A stretch of DNA of 64,000 bases from positions 15,624,001 to 15,688,000 of the forward strand of contig CM120645.1 in NCBI GenBank assembly GCA_051362555.1, given 5' to 3'. The translations under genes and the position numbers were made by a program. Shown piece after piece: positions 45,835 to 59,650 of this stretch. Each line of letters opens with the position of its first letter. Positions within the stretch are counted from its first letter, which is position 1. Below the pieces are notes generated by a model. The model saw only the letters and a program-made list of their open reading frames with translations, was not told the DNA's origin and made no database searches. Source of the DNA: Lingula anatina. Taxonomy: Eukaryota > Animalia > Brachiopoda.

Positions 45835-48800
45835 ATGCCTCCACTCCTGCCAAGAGAGCGCCAGATTTGTACTGACAGCCATGCTAAGGTATAGTTGGGT
45901 CAAAACACGGTAATGGGTCAAAAATCTTTAAAATTGTCTGTAAAATGTCCCGTCAGAGACATTTCAAATACCATGTTTGACCCATTACTAGTAGGCCCAG
46001 TAGGGGCTCATGTAGAATGGTGATGTACAATGTTAACAGATTGATACACAGGGGCGGATTTAGGCTGTCTTCTGGGTCTTCTGGAAGACGGTCAGATTTT
46101 AAAGTTTACATTGACGGGTGTCTAATTTTTTCTGTCGGAAGATGGTCAAAAAAGGAGGATGAATCAACAAAGATAATTTGGAAGACTGTCAGAAAAATTT
46201 CTCTGGATCTGCCCCTGATACATTATATGTTATGGCCATAGTTTGAAAAGTTTTAAATCAGTGTGGTTTATTAGTATTTGTATTAAACCTCTGATTATAC
46301 AGGCGATATTAACCACCATGAACATGCTGAGAAAGGCCTCTTCATTATGTGATGTGATGTTGAAGGTGGAAGAAGAATACTTTCCAGCACACAGAATCGT
46401 ACTGGCAGCCTGCAGTGACTACTTCTATGCCATGTTCACCAGTGAGGTAGGTGAAAATGTATTGAACAGTTTTAATACCCTGACTAGAATTAACCTTCAC
46501 TTAGTGGAACATTGAGTCCAAGTTTTAGCATATTTTTATTTTGCTTCATCTTTGGAATCCTGAGTAAAAGGTTGGGAAAATTGTCTGAAAGTTGTACATG
46601 ACTTAATAGTCCTTTCGTTAAGTTGAATTATTTTCAGTCGTTCAGGGATACTTATGCTACATAAAACCCTAAAAATAAGATGCATGTTGTTATAGTATTT
46701 GTTGTGTAATAACTGTCAGATGTTGTGTTGTTGCAGTATTTGTTGTATTATAACATCTTTCAGATGTCTGAAAAAGACAAGAACACAATTGAGCTAGGTG
46801 GAATTTCGGCCACTGTCATGGATGTCCTGTTAGATTTTGTCTACACGGAAACAGTCAATGTCACTGTGGAAAATGTCCAGGATCTTTTACCTGCTGCTTG
46901 TCTGTTACAACTCACTGGTGAGTATATATGTATCAAAAACATAATACTCAGTGGAAAATATCAGAATATCTTGTGTGTTGTTTGTCTTTTACAGCTACTG
47001 GTGATTATAAGGGCAGTACATGTAGTGTTTTATTTAACATTGGGAAATCTTGTGCATCACTTGCCTGGTGATTTCTATTACAACTTGCTGGTGAGTTCAT
47101 GTATCAGTAACTTTTTTATTTTCCATAAATGTGGATGCCCAGGACATGTTTGCTGCTAATTATCTACTCTACAACTGGTAATTTTAGTTGAGTGAATGTT
47201 TTGTGTTCATGTATTAAAGTCTTGTTAGCATTTATTTGAGCATGCATTTTGTGAAGGGTTTCCTTAATTGTTCATTTTGATAATGCGTAACTAGTAATAA
47301 GCACAAACAAGGAAAGGAAACAAAAAAATCAAACTGAATAATTTTTTTTACACTTTAACAGATAAAAATGAAGTACTTGCACTTTTATCTTATGGTATTT
47401 TCCAGGAGTAAAACAGGCATGTTCCGACTTCCTAGAAAAGCAACTGGACCCTTCCAACTGCCTTGGTATAAGGACGTTTGCTGAGAACCATTCTTGTAAG
47501 AATCTCCAGGAAGCAGCAGAGAGTTTCCTGTTTAAGCATTTTGAAGATGTCATAGGGCAGGAAGAGTTTCTGGGACTTGAGGTGGAGGATGTAGAAAAAC
47601 TCATTGGTAGTGATGAAATTCAGGTAGGATTGAGGAATAAGCAAAAGGAATACTCTAGTCTACTTAAAATGTGACTTTTTTTATCACTTAATGGATGACT
47701 AAGTGCATTGTGATTATCTACACCAATATTTGCCAGTGCATGTGAAATAAATGATAACAAATGTTTTGAGTCATGTCATTTGAATGACAATAATGGATAA
47801 GAATTAACTAAGTCAAATATAACCTTTGTTGTAAATGCAGGATATACATATATATTTATGATCATAGGAATTATATTTTGCAAAAATTTTAACTTGCAAC
47901 CATAAGTACAATTTCGATTTGAATATGTTTTATCAGATAGTCGGCTAGTGCTGCATGACATTCTCTAACTGTTACAAATATTAACTAATATTATAATGAT
48001 CTTATTAAAATCTTTATTTGTCAGTACTGTACTTAGCTAAACTGGGCCTGTCTGAATTTATATGTTGTTTTCTAAATTTTCATGTAAAGACATTGTGTCC
48101 TCACAATATTACAGCAAAACCTTGCATGGCCAGTTTTCTGATGCACCATTTTTCAAAAATCAGTTAGACTAGATACTTTCCATCAGCCTTCAGCATACTC
48201 TGTATATTTTTATTTTTTTATTCATTTATTGATATTCTGTTATCAATGTAAAGGTGAGCTCAGAAGAGCCAGTGTTTGAAGCAGTGCTGAACTGGGTGAA
48301 GCTGGATTTGGAGAAAAGAACAGAAGATCTTCCAAAATTACTCCAGTTGGTGAGACTACCATTACTCAGTGTGAGATACATCACAGATGTAGTGGACAAC
48401 CAGGTAATATAACAGAATCTGTTGTCATTATTCTAATAACGATCATTTATTTATTTATTTATAGCAAGAAGCTGATTTTTATTTCAAGTTATTGATAATG
48501 TTGAAGTTAAAGTAAATAAAAAACTTGCGCTGGTTCAATTTTTTAAAAAAATTTTTATATAGTTTTACATTACATTCAAACCACGTGTGACCAACAAACA
48601 TGTCACAACTTCACCCCGCATGGAGTCCACACTCCCTCCAACATGGAAAACTACTCACTTCACTCCTTTTTTACCACTAGAGGGACCCACTGCATAGTCA
48701 CCTCTAACACAATTTAACACAATTGGTCACAACCATACAATATTTGACAGATAAATTGGCAGTTTTTTTCAATGTTGCTGAAAACTTTTCATTTTCTAAG

Positions 48801-51800
48801 GGAGGTCTGATGATGATACACATTTCTGATGAATCTTTTTTCAGAACCTTATCAAAGACAGAACCCCTTAACCGCCCTGACTGCAGCTCTGATAATGATA
48901 TACATTTTAACAGTTGTCATACCTTTTTTCAGACCCTGATTAAAGTCAAAACCCCTAACCTCCCGACTGCATCCCTGATAATGATATATTCATTTGAACA
49001 AGAGTCATACCAGTTTTCAGACCCTTAACAAAGTCAATAGTCCTATAATAATACCCGTTTCTAGAGCCTGATCAAAGCCAAAACCTCTAAACCTCTGTGA
49101 TTACCGGCCTGATAATGTAATACAATTTATCAATTGTCATATCATAATACTTGTTTCCAGAGTCTTATCAAAGCCAGCCATGCCTGCAGAGACCTGGTGG
49201 ATGAAGCTAAAACTTTTCACCTCCGACCAGACCTCAGGAGTCAGCTGCATGGGGCACGTACAAAACCCAGAACAGGTAGACAGGAAACATGTACAACTGG
49301 GTGACATGGAAAATAATACTAATAATAAAGTTAAATAAATTTCTAAAGCATGAAATGATTTGTACAAGAAATGGTGCATTTTCAGACATAGTGGACATAT
49401 TAATATAATATAAAGATTTATATTTTCAAGTCACACAACAAAAATACACTAATACTGTAACTCAGTGATATTTTCAAAGAACTTTACATTAAAGGACAAA
49501 GTTGGGTGAAGACAGGGATACCAATTCTTAAAATAAAAATATGTGTGAAATATTGGGCCTGGTTGAAAAAAAGTTGGTGTTCTCTTGCTAGTCAAGTGAA
49601 GCTGCAGACATTTCCATAAAATTTGAAGTCTCATAAAAGTAAAGAATACTGATAACCACTAATTATTGCGCTGGTTCATATCACCTCGATGTTTTAAAGT
49701 CTAAAAATTCTATGGGAGACTGTTTCATAATTTCAGGCTCCGTAGAGGTACTAGTGGTGGTTGGAGGCTTTGGTGCCATGCAAAACCCAGTAGATTCTGC
49801 TGAGATGTTTGATCCCAAGAGTAATGAATGGGAGTCACTGCCTGTAAGTTGTGACAAGTAAATGTTTTATCCTGTTAAAGAGGTGGTTCCAAAGAATGCT
49901 AGTGTACCACAAAAGCCAGGGATTCTGTCACAGCTAAACTTATGAAAAGAAATCTGCATTTTCGTCAGTTTTGTTTAAATTATATTAATATTTTAACTTT
50001 TCTTGGACAAAAGTAGATATACTCAACAGGGTACCCATTGCCTTCATATTTTCCATCTTAATTGGTTGGAAATTACTCCAAAGAATATGTGAAGAAGTAT
50101 GGCATAAGGATCATGCTTGTAACCATTAACTGAACTAATTGATATTCATGCATATGGATGCCATACTAGTTTGTAACACAGTGGTTGGTAAGTATTAGAA
50201 AATTGTTGAGAACTTGACAGATTTGTAAGTTGATTTTTTTCACAATAGAATCCCTTATAGAGTTCTTTTATCCAAATTTGAATGTTATAATTTAAGTGTC
50301 TTACAAAGAGGAGACGATATGTCACTGCTGCTGCAGTTGGACCTAGACTTTACGTGATTGGTGGATATGATGGCCAATCACGGCTCAGTTTAGTGGAGTG
50401 CTTGGACATCAGTCAAGACAAGCCTGCCTGGCATGCTGTGGCCCCCATGCACCATCGTAGAGGACTGGCTGGAGGATGTGTATATCAAGGTACTAAATAG
50501 TTTGTATTCAATAAAGTAGAATTTAGAAGTTGTCCTTGTATTTTCTTTAACGGACAATAAGTTTATTTGATTCAACAGTGTAGTGTAAAGAACAGATGTT
50601 GTTTTTTTTTTTGTTTTTTTTGTTTTTTTTTTTTTTTTGTTTTTTTGTCAAGCATGGCACATAAAGTTTACTATCAGTATCTTTTACAGTCCTGAATATT
50701 TTGCACTTTTTAATATGTTGATACATACTTTTTTTAATCATTCTGTTTTTGTTTAAAATGTGATATGGTATAATTTCCATTTTGCATGACGTTTTTGTAA
50801 TGGCAGGGAATGAGTATTTGAACCCACATCATTATACAAACTTTGTCTTTTGCATAATATTTTTTCGTATGTAGGGTTTGATGTCACAAATGGATTCAGT
50901 CGTCTAGATCGAGTGCCAAAACTTTAACATAAACCTGTACTAATATCATTTAGCATTGAGATAACTGACCCAATTATCACAATTTCCAGCCAACAGAAGT
51001 TGTTGTCAATGTATATCTTTGTTGATACTTGCAGACATGATATTTGTGTGTGGAGGCTTTGACGGCACCAACAGACACACCAGTCTTGAGCGCTATGACC
51101 CCCGTATTGACCAATGGACACTGCTGGGCAGTATGTTACTAGGGCGTGAGGGGGCAGGACTTGTAGTGGCCAGTGACCATATATACTGCCTTGGTGGCTA
51201 TGATGGTGTGAATCTCTTGAATTCTGTGGAAAAGTACGACCCTCGGACTAATCAGTGGGCGAGTGTGGCTCCTCTTGCTACTAGCAGATCAGGTACAGTA
51301 CAGGTTGTGTTAAGATTGTTTTTTGATTAATTTTTTGTACCGTTTGGTATTTGAAATAATGTCCTTTGGAATGTAAATCACTGCTTAATTCATTTAAGAC
51401 TGAGACACACTTATTATATTATCTTAAACTAATATTTATTGACCTCTCAGTTGTGTCATAATAACAAAATACCACACTGGTCTCTTAACATAACTGAATA
51501 TTTCAGGCGCAGGGGTGGCTGTACTAAATGACACGATATTTGTTTGCGGTGGTTACGATGGGAACACGCATTTGTCTTCAGTAGAGACGTACAACGTGCG
51601 TACGTGCCAGTGGTCGTCCATCAGCAGTATGACGTCTCCCAGGTGCTATGTTGGAGCATGTGTGTTACGAGGAAAGTTATATGTTGTTGCAGGGTTAGTA
51701 TGATAATGTTTTTGCTATTTTGATTTAGTGATTTGATGTCTGAATAATGTTTTAATTTTGGTGTTTTGTTTGCCCTAATGTGTATGAATTTAAGTGATGT

Positions 51801-52410
51801 ATGGTAAAGACTCAGTTTTAACAATGGACTTAAATTATCAATTTTTAAATAGATCATTTTTAGTATTATATTATAAAAAATATATTTCTGTATAGTGTTT
51901 GTTATTTTACTACACCTTTTAACTTTGTTTCTACCCCACAATAGGCATGTTCTAATTTTATGAATTTATGACTAAAGAAAAAACAGTATCTGAAGAATTA
52001 ACAATTTCTTCGTTGAAAAGATTGAGTCATTGCCATACATCATCATATTGAAGATTTCCTTCACCAAACTAGCACATGGCTTAAAATGCAGTACCGGTAT
52101 GTTGATCTTGAACAGTGGGCACTCACAGAGCCAGATTTTATCTAAACAAATGGCTGCATTTTTACATTTGGTTCAGTTAAGTCTGTCTCAAGCCTTAAAA
52201 TCATGTTAATATCTATTTATTCACTTCAAGAAGCAACAAAGCTGTGTCCAATATGTGTACCTAACATCTCTCTCTATCAGATATGATGGCCACACTCTAC
52301 TCAAGAACATGGAGTACTATGACCCTATTGCTGACCAGTGGATAGTCACGGAGTCCACCATGGAGGTCAAGAGGTGCGACTCAGGGGTGGCTGTGGTCAA
52401 GGGGATATGA
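45835..52410 (+). CDS. KLHL12: Kelch-like protein 12 (BTB-BACK-Kelch, Cul3 adaptor), 11 coding exons
   Basis: Exons 45835-45888, 46303-46446, 46764-46917, 47406-47623, 48254-48403, 49161-49275, 49737-49843, 50297-50489, 51035-51292, 51507-51693, 52281-52410. Near-identity to KLHL12 segments [76 protein letters not shown]. Confidence 0.95.
46049..46217. mobile_element. 169-bp MITE CAGGGGCGGAT...ATCTGCCCCTG with 5-bp TSD ATACA, in a KLHL12 intron
   Basis: TIRs plus ATACA on both flanks. Inverted copy at 56958-57126 (TSD AATAA) and partial copy ending at 11333. Confidence 0.88.
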
Positions 52411-52579
52411 GAGAACAAAGAACAACTGGTCACTTGATAAAGTGACCACAATTAGGTTAAATGTCTCATAATCATCGTCACCACCTCCCCAGGAAGGAGA
52501 GATCGCTAACACAGATTGTAATGATCAGGTGTCTAACTATTTGTTTTGTATGTAATGCACATAATTGTAAAGTCTACTG

Positions 52580-52583
<4 letters not shown>

Positions 52584-52649
<66 letters not shown>
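52584..52649. repeat. (TA)n microsatellite; others at about 16010-16064, 53106-53170, 57636-57693; (CA)n at about 5065-5097, 10045-10087, 12185-12263
   Basis: Directly visible simple repeats. Confidence 0.95.
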
Positions 52650-52652
<3 letters not shown>

Positions 52653-53101
52653 CAGTCTAAAAATATATATAGTAGTTATATATATATATATATATCATAG
52701 TTAATTACCCCCTTACAGCTTTTAGTAGGCGGGACAGACGCTTAACCCGGCCAAGCTGACAGTGATCTAGTGAGACTCCCCACAGGGATAGATCGATCTA
52801 AAAATCTATGGAAATGGGGTGTAAGTCGTATCCCACTAGTTTCAGCAATAGAGCAATTGGGGATATTATTAAATATTTTTCCATTATCAAATTGAATATT
52901 ATTCATCTTTGGACTTGTTATTCTTGATTTAAAGTAGTAGTTTTCTGAGGCTTACAAGGTACTAGTAAGAGCTACCAGTATGTTGAAAAACTTAAGTCAC
53001 AGATTAACCAGACAAGTAATTGGTATTGTGTGGTCAAAGAAGCATATAATTTTAGGTAAAACTCTAAAGGCATTGGTCCCAAATTTTGAATTTTCATTAT
53101 C

Positions 53102-53171
<70 letters not shown>

Positions 53172-55281
53172 CAAGATAAAGTAAATACATAAATATCTGA
53201 TGAAGCTTAATGTCTAATCTAAATGAATTAAAGGTTTTTCAGACTTTTCAGGCTGAAAAAAGTCCCATCATTAATCTTCCACCGTTTTCATATTGTTTTC
53301 TCCTATGCAAGTTGGCTAGGATCCACCTACCAGTAGCTGTCAGGTGTAACCATATTATAGAGACTCATATTTACAGAAAGAAGTGCACAGTGATTGAATA
53401 AGCATTATTTTCACCAGCATTGCAGCATTTTGTTTAACTGTTGTATATGTCCCCATGCCCCATAATAAGATAATCACAGGTCCTTTAAAAAAGCTCAATC
53501 TCATTCAAACTCACAGCAGCATTTCCAGTTATACTTGGAGTTAGGGACAGTAATATCATTGACAACACAATAATGTCAATATGCTCAGTGTTAAGGATTG
53601 TTGAGTGCCCTGCATGTTGACTGTTCATACTGTGGTGAGAGGCAAGAATGTTGATTTATTGTGTTAATTTAGGGATACTCTAGGTTCATTTAGGGATAGT
53701 TTTGGTTCCCAAACATCATGTTGCATTCAAACAATCTAAGTCTTAGAGTTTCATAAGAAACAGTTTTGTGTCTGCCCATGGGGCAGCTAACCTAACATTT
53801 GTTATGTTTTAGAATAGCTTTGTATTTCATCAGATTAATAATAAAGTGATGAAGAGTCACCATTTGTTTTCTTTTTGTCAAGATGGGCTGTTTTATCATT
53901 TCATTTTAACTTTAATATTACCACTTGATATATATATGTATATTTTTACTTTTTGTTGGGTACAAGAGCTCCATACTAACTCTCAATTGTCAGAGAGTCA
54001 GAGTATTTAAGATGAAATTGCCTGAATATTTTGTACCTCAAAATAAATTCCAAAATGCAGTTTCATCACACCTGAACATGGACATTGCCATAAAAAAGCT
54101 GGTCTTTTTAAATGCTTGGCTTTTGATAGCTTTTTATATGTAACAGTTTGATTACAGTTCTGTAATAAAAAGCAGTGTCTAGCCCACGAGAAGTAAAGAG
54201 AGAGAGTCTTTAATTTTCATCAAATACAGATTTCATAAGTTTACTATATAAAACATTAAATTAAACATTAAATTAATAAAAATAACTAAATAATTAGGGT
54301 TAAGTAAAATAATATATAACTTAATAGTAAATAAAAGATTTTTAAAAAAACAATTTTACCTGTAATAAAAAGCAATGTCTTGCCCACGAGAAGTAAAGAG
54401 AGAAAGTGAAGAAAACAAAGGAAATTAGCGGGTCAAGACTTTAAACAATGAAAAGCAAGAACGTATAAAGACAGAAAAACAAGGAATAGTAAAGAAAGCA
54501 GGGAAGACTGAAAATAAGGTATGGAAACATAAAAACGGAATAGACTGAAAAAATGATAATTAACAAAATGAGCATTCAGGTACTACTGCTACATATAGTT
54601 GGCAAGTCTTTTTCCAAAGTAGTAAGCATTTTAATTTTGGCTCTTCTGGTCATGGGATATGTGTCTGACAAGGCTATTGGTCTCTACACCTCTTGGTCTC
54701 TCGGTAGTTATACATGCGTATTTGGCTTTTTTTCTCTTTTACTAAACAGAATACTAGTTTGAATTTCAGACCTGTTCAGAAGCATTTTAGAGAAAGATTA
54801 TTCTTTGATAACTGTAAAGGGAGCATCTCGTGCTTAGGGTGGTTGGTACAGTTTCTTAGGGTAGAAACAAATGCATTTTTCTAAGTAACATGACAGGTTT
54901 GAATCTCAGACATTGGGACGTAACACATTACCTGTTTATTTAAATTATATTGAAAGGATAAAAAGAAAATATAAAAATGAAATAAAAACTGAAGATGTAT
55001 TTGATCAATTATTTTTCGTTCATTTTTGTGTACAATCAACATAATGCTGTTGAAATAAAAATGATATGATTATTCCAAAAACATTCTAATTATTATTAAA
55101 ATTGTTCAACAGTCATATATTATTTTATAGGAAAGTTGAAATTTCAAAGTTTTATAAAAATACCAACCAATGTATTCTAAACTGGCTTACAATTAAGGGT
55201 AATTCAAAAGTTTTAAAAGTTGGAGATTCTTTTCTGAGTTTCAACAAGGTTGAACAAAAGCACAACTAACCTGGCCGATAC

Positions 55282-55490
55282 CAGGGGCGAATCCAGGATT
55301 TTTCAAAGGGGGGAGTCCGCAGATGCACCTTGGGATGCGGGGTCCAGTGAAGAGCCCCAAAAATTTAGATATTTAAGAGGGCGAATGTTGCCATTTGATA
55401 AGGTTTAGAACTTTGTTCCAGCTAGTCAAAATTCTAATTTCAAAAATCAAAAGGGGTTAACCCCCTTGATCCCCCCAAAACTCGCTGATG
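55282..55490. mobile_element. Degenerate CAGGGGCGGATCCAGGAT-type MITE; related copies at about 60371-60589 and 61237-61490
   Basis: Shared start and internal TATTTAAGAGGGCGAA..GTGCCATTTG...CAGCTAGTCAAAATTCTAATTTCAA. Confidence 0.7.
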
Positions 55491-56796
55491 GCCAATACAA
55501 TAAAGCCATATCTTGTTGAGAAACTTAAGCTGTTAAGAAAACTAAATCAGATTTCATCAAATGTATTTTTGACCCAAAATGACATTTATTAAGTTTATGA
55601 ATCCAAATATGATAACCAAGATGACAAAAATAACATTAAAAACTGAAAAGGGTAAATAAAGCCAGTCAAAATAAAACCAGTTTTATGATTTAAGGACCTA
55701 GTTTAGGCATATAAACCTACTGGTAGTTTGAGAAGTAAAGCGACCAGTGAGAGAGGGCCATGAAACTTAATATGCCATTCCGTGCTAAAACATAACCATT
55801 CGAATACAATACTGCTCTTTCCCGTTGCCAATGCTCACAATCCATCGTCTATCACTTAAAATAAAACGTTTTAATGTATAAAATATAACATGTATAAAAC
55901 CATAGACTTCAGTCGAGCAATCATCTGTGTGTAATATTCATGAACCCAAATATTATGTTACAGTATAATCAAAATAGAAATATCAAGACTTCTTCTAGAA
56001 CAGTCACATTGGAAGCCCTCTCCCCCGCCCCCCGCACCCGATACGTCCAAATTGTACAAACAAGCCACCTTCCAAACTCAGCGTGTGTATGAGTGTGAAA
56101 GCTATTTGAAAGTAGGTTAAAAGTTTACGGATATAGGGGAGATAGGTTTGTCCTTTTGCCTTTTTTTTTTTTTTTAATTTTATTCTGCCAATTTTGAGAA
56201 GAAATATCAGTATCTTTCATTGTACTTAGTAAAAATAAATTATAATACGTCGATTTTTCCCTTTATTACATAATTCGTCAGATGTTATTCAGTACAAAAT
56301 TTCCCTAGAAAACCTTTACCCCCTATTGTGAATGCAATGTGTCGTCTGCAGAGCATCAGTGCCTGCCACCACGCTGGATACTCCGCGCTTCCCGGGAGCT
56401 GAACAGTTTTAAAACGTGGTCCGAATTGTTTTAGGGAGAGTCAGATGAAATAAAGAGGGACCTTGGCGTTTATAAAGTTCTGCATGGTGAACCTGGAAAT
56501 GTGGGCTAATATTACTCTTTTCCATAAAAAGTTTGCAATAAACCCTGCCTTTCAGTGACCCCATGCAACCAAAATGTTTTGCTTGCATCTTGGTACATGT
56601 CCCACTTCTGTCTCCCCCTAAAATGGTCCATACTAAAAAATCAATAATCGTATGACAATTTTATACAGGCAATTGACCTACTTTCACACACAAGCTTCTA
56701 TCATCGGGTATTATGGCTTTAGAGTTAAACGTTATACACGTCTGTGATATAAACAACGTGCCCCTATATAACGACCTGCGAACAATATTATATAAA

Positions 56797-57633
56797 ACAA
56801 GGCAGCAAAGCTGTCAAATGTACAGACAAAAAACAGAAAATAATGATGTAAAATAGGTCATTTTGTCAATTTTGATGCAATAATAAATAATGCTTATAAT
56901 AGCACTGTTAGTCAACACTTAATTTTAATCATGCACAACAGGTAACATGGTCAATAACAGGAGCGGACCCAGAGATATTTTCTGACAGTATTCCAAAGTA
57001 TCTTTGTTGATCCATCCTCCATTTTGATGGTCTTCCAACAGAAAAAAAATAAATATCAGTCAATATAAACTTAAAAACCCGACCGTCTTCCAGAAGACCC
57101 AGAAGATGGTCTCAATCCATCCCTTCAATAAGATTACACTTTCAGGACCATGAGAGTTCAAATTCACATGATGAAAGTCCCAATATTTGAAAAATGATGA
57201 CAGTGCATAAAATAATATTACATAATGTTTAAAGACATAAAAACCAATACAACTGCTTATGTGGAAATACAGAAAATGTGCAGAGCCTCAGGCAGATGGG
57301 AGTTAAAAGTCACAAATGCCAGTGTTTGAGAAAAAATTAAACAGGAAAACATAACAAAACTAGAAAAGCACTCTGAGAGCGCAGACCTCTGCCAAGGCAG
57401 CAATTTTTTATACTTATTGATTATTGATAGATTATTGACCCGAACCACCACCAAAAACTAATCATTGTCCTCCTTGACCCACTCCTGACAGTTCCTGAAA
57501 ATTTCATTAAAATCGTTCCATAACTTTTTGAGTTATGTTGATGGCAGACAAACAGGGGTGAAAACATAACCTCCTTGGCAGAGGTAAATATAATTCCAAT
57601 GAAGCTGCTATTCAAACTTTTAATCTTTGAGTT

Positions 57634-57695
<62 letters not shown>

Positions 57696-59650
57696 CTTAT
57701 TTGCAATATAAAACAAAATTTACCTGCATAATTATCACTGCTTCCTTATTATTAATCTAGCAGAGAGCTTAACCTTTGGGAGTTTACAGGGAAATATCAA
57801 CAAGTGTGCTTTATGGCCTATTAATTAGGCAAATGACTTTATAACTTTATAACTTAGCCTACAGATACCCAAGGGAAATTTACAGACTGACCCTCTCAAA
57901 GGTCTTCAGGCCCATAAGTCACACCTTAAGAAAAGCACAAAACAATAATGCACAAAATAGGAGACTATCAATTCTGATACAATAATACATTATGTTTAAC
58001 TGCACAGTCAACATCAAATTTTAATTATGCACAACAGGTAACACCGACGAAAGTAAAAGCATAAGTGAAAGATAAAAATTTTCACAAAAAAACTCTATAA
58101 CTTCCAGAAAATTAACTAATCAGACAGATTTTCCAACTGAAGCTGTATTTCAGTCCTATGTTTCTTTCCTTTAAGTGTAAAAAGAGCAAGTGACATGGTT
58201 TTCCTTTCACAGTCACTATGGAGGCAGTGCCCAAAATAGGGTTTTGTTCAATTTTGATGCAATATTACACAATGCTTAACAGCATAATAACCATCAGTTT
58301 TTTAATGATAAAATAAAACTATCATGGATATTCACAAAATGTGTCTAGCCCATAGAATTCAGACACACTTTGAAAATCCCAAAATCTAAACAAGAGAAAC
58401 TGAATTAAAAAGAGTTTATTTCCATTTTCAATACCTTTTTTTACATAAAAAAAATAATCGATTTACTGTTATTTTTATATGATCAATAAAAATGTGTTGT
58501 CAAAGGAAAAATATCAATAGAACAAATTTAAATGTCCAACTTGCTCCATTCTGAGATTCTTAACTTAGTGAATGATTGAATCTGACGAACTGCAATGATA
58601 TGAGTTCCTTTCCATTTTTGATACTTTATTACACAATGCACAATAAAAGGTGTACTGTCATTTTTATATAATCAACTAACAATATTTTTAGGAAGCAGAA
58701 AATGTCAAAACAACACTTTTACATATCTAATTTCTTCCATAATGAGACTGTTAACATGCCTAAGAATTAAATCTGAAGAAAAACCACTTATATACAAAAA
58801 GGCTAATAACTTCATCAAAACTTAACTGATCAAAATTATTTTCAAAATTGATCTGTATATTAGTCAGACTGATCACTCCTGTAAGTTTCAAGACTGATTG
58901 GTTTTCCTTAAAATGCGTTATCGGTGTTGCATATATGCTGAATAATGGAAAAAACAGCATAACTTTAAATTTGCAAAAATAGTCCAATCAAGCCAATTTT
59001 CGAACTTGACCTGCGTATTATGAATATTCATCAGTTCTGTAACTTTCAAGCCAAAAGGTAAAATGGTTTTCCACTTATCGTGTTATCGGTGCTGCATATA
59101 TGCTGAAAAAAGTGAAAAAACAGCATAAATTCCCTAAAAGTGACCCCATCATGCTGATTTTCGAACCTGACCTGCGTATTATGAATATTCATCAGTTCTG
59201 TAAGTTTCAAGCCAAAAGGTAAAATGGTTTTCCACTTATCGTGTTATCGGTGCTGCATATATGCTGAATAAAGTGAAAAAACAGCATAAATTCCCTAAAA
59301 GTGACCCGATCATGCTGATTTTCGAACTTGACCTGCGTATTATGAATATTCATCAGTTCTGTAAGTTTCAAGCCAAAAGGTAAAATGGTTTTCCACTTAT
59401 CGTGTTATCAGTGCTGCATATATGCTGAAAAAAGTGAAAAAACAGCATAAATTCCCTAAAAGTGACCCGATCATGCTGATTTTCGAACTTGACCTGCATA
59501 TTATGAATATTCATCAGTTCTGTAAGTTTCAAGCCAAAAGGTAAAACGGTTTTTCACTTATCGTGTTATCGGTGAAAGTGCACGACGGCGACGGCGACAG
59601 ACGCAGGTGACGGCTATATGTACAGACACATCTGTGTCTGTACATAAAAA
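56797..59650 (-). mobile_element. Full-length HINE copy with about four near-identical 161-bp units and two nested elements
   Basis: Same two ends as 15500-18817; unit starts at 59089, 59250, 59411 (161-bp period). Nested 5-bp-TSD MITE 56958-57126 and small HINE 57358-57588. Confidence 0.8.
57358..57588 (-). mobile_element. Small HINE-type element of a second family
   Basis: AACTAG..GCACTCTGAGAGCGC stem-loop, subterminal ACCTCTGCCAAGG and its inverted partner CCTTGGCAGAGGT next to a CAGACAAACA tract. Confidence 0.65.

Noticed and set aside
54160-54403. 44-bp direct repeat 200 bp apart, next to a possibly decayed coding segment (54550-54900)
   Set aside because: Could not assign an element type or recover a credible protein motif.
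56340-56495. GC-richer minus-strand segment after a good acceptor, possible terminal exon
   Set aside because: All frames are short and unrecognisable, and no upstream exons could be linked.
58920-59570. Regular repeat array as a possible CRISPR
   Set aside because: Whole 161-bp units repeat with no unique spacers, there are no cas genes, and the context is eukaryotic; it is a HINE-internal satellite.
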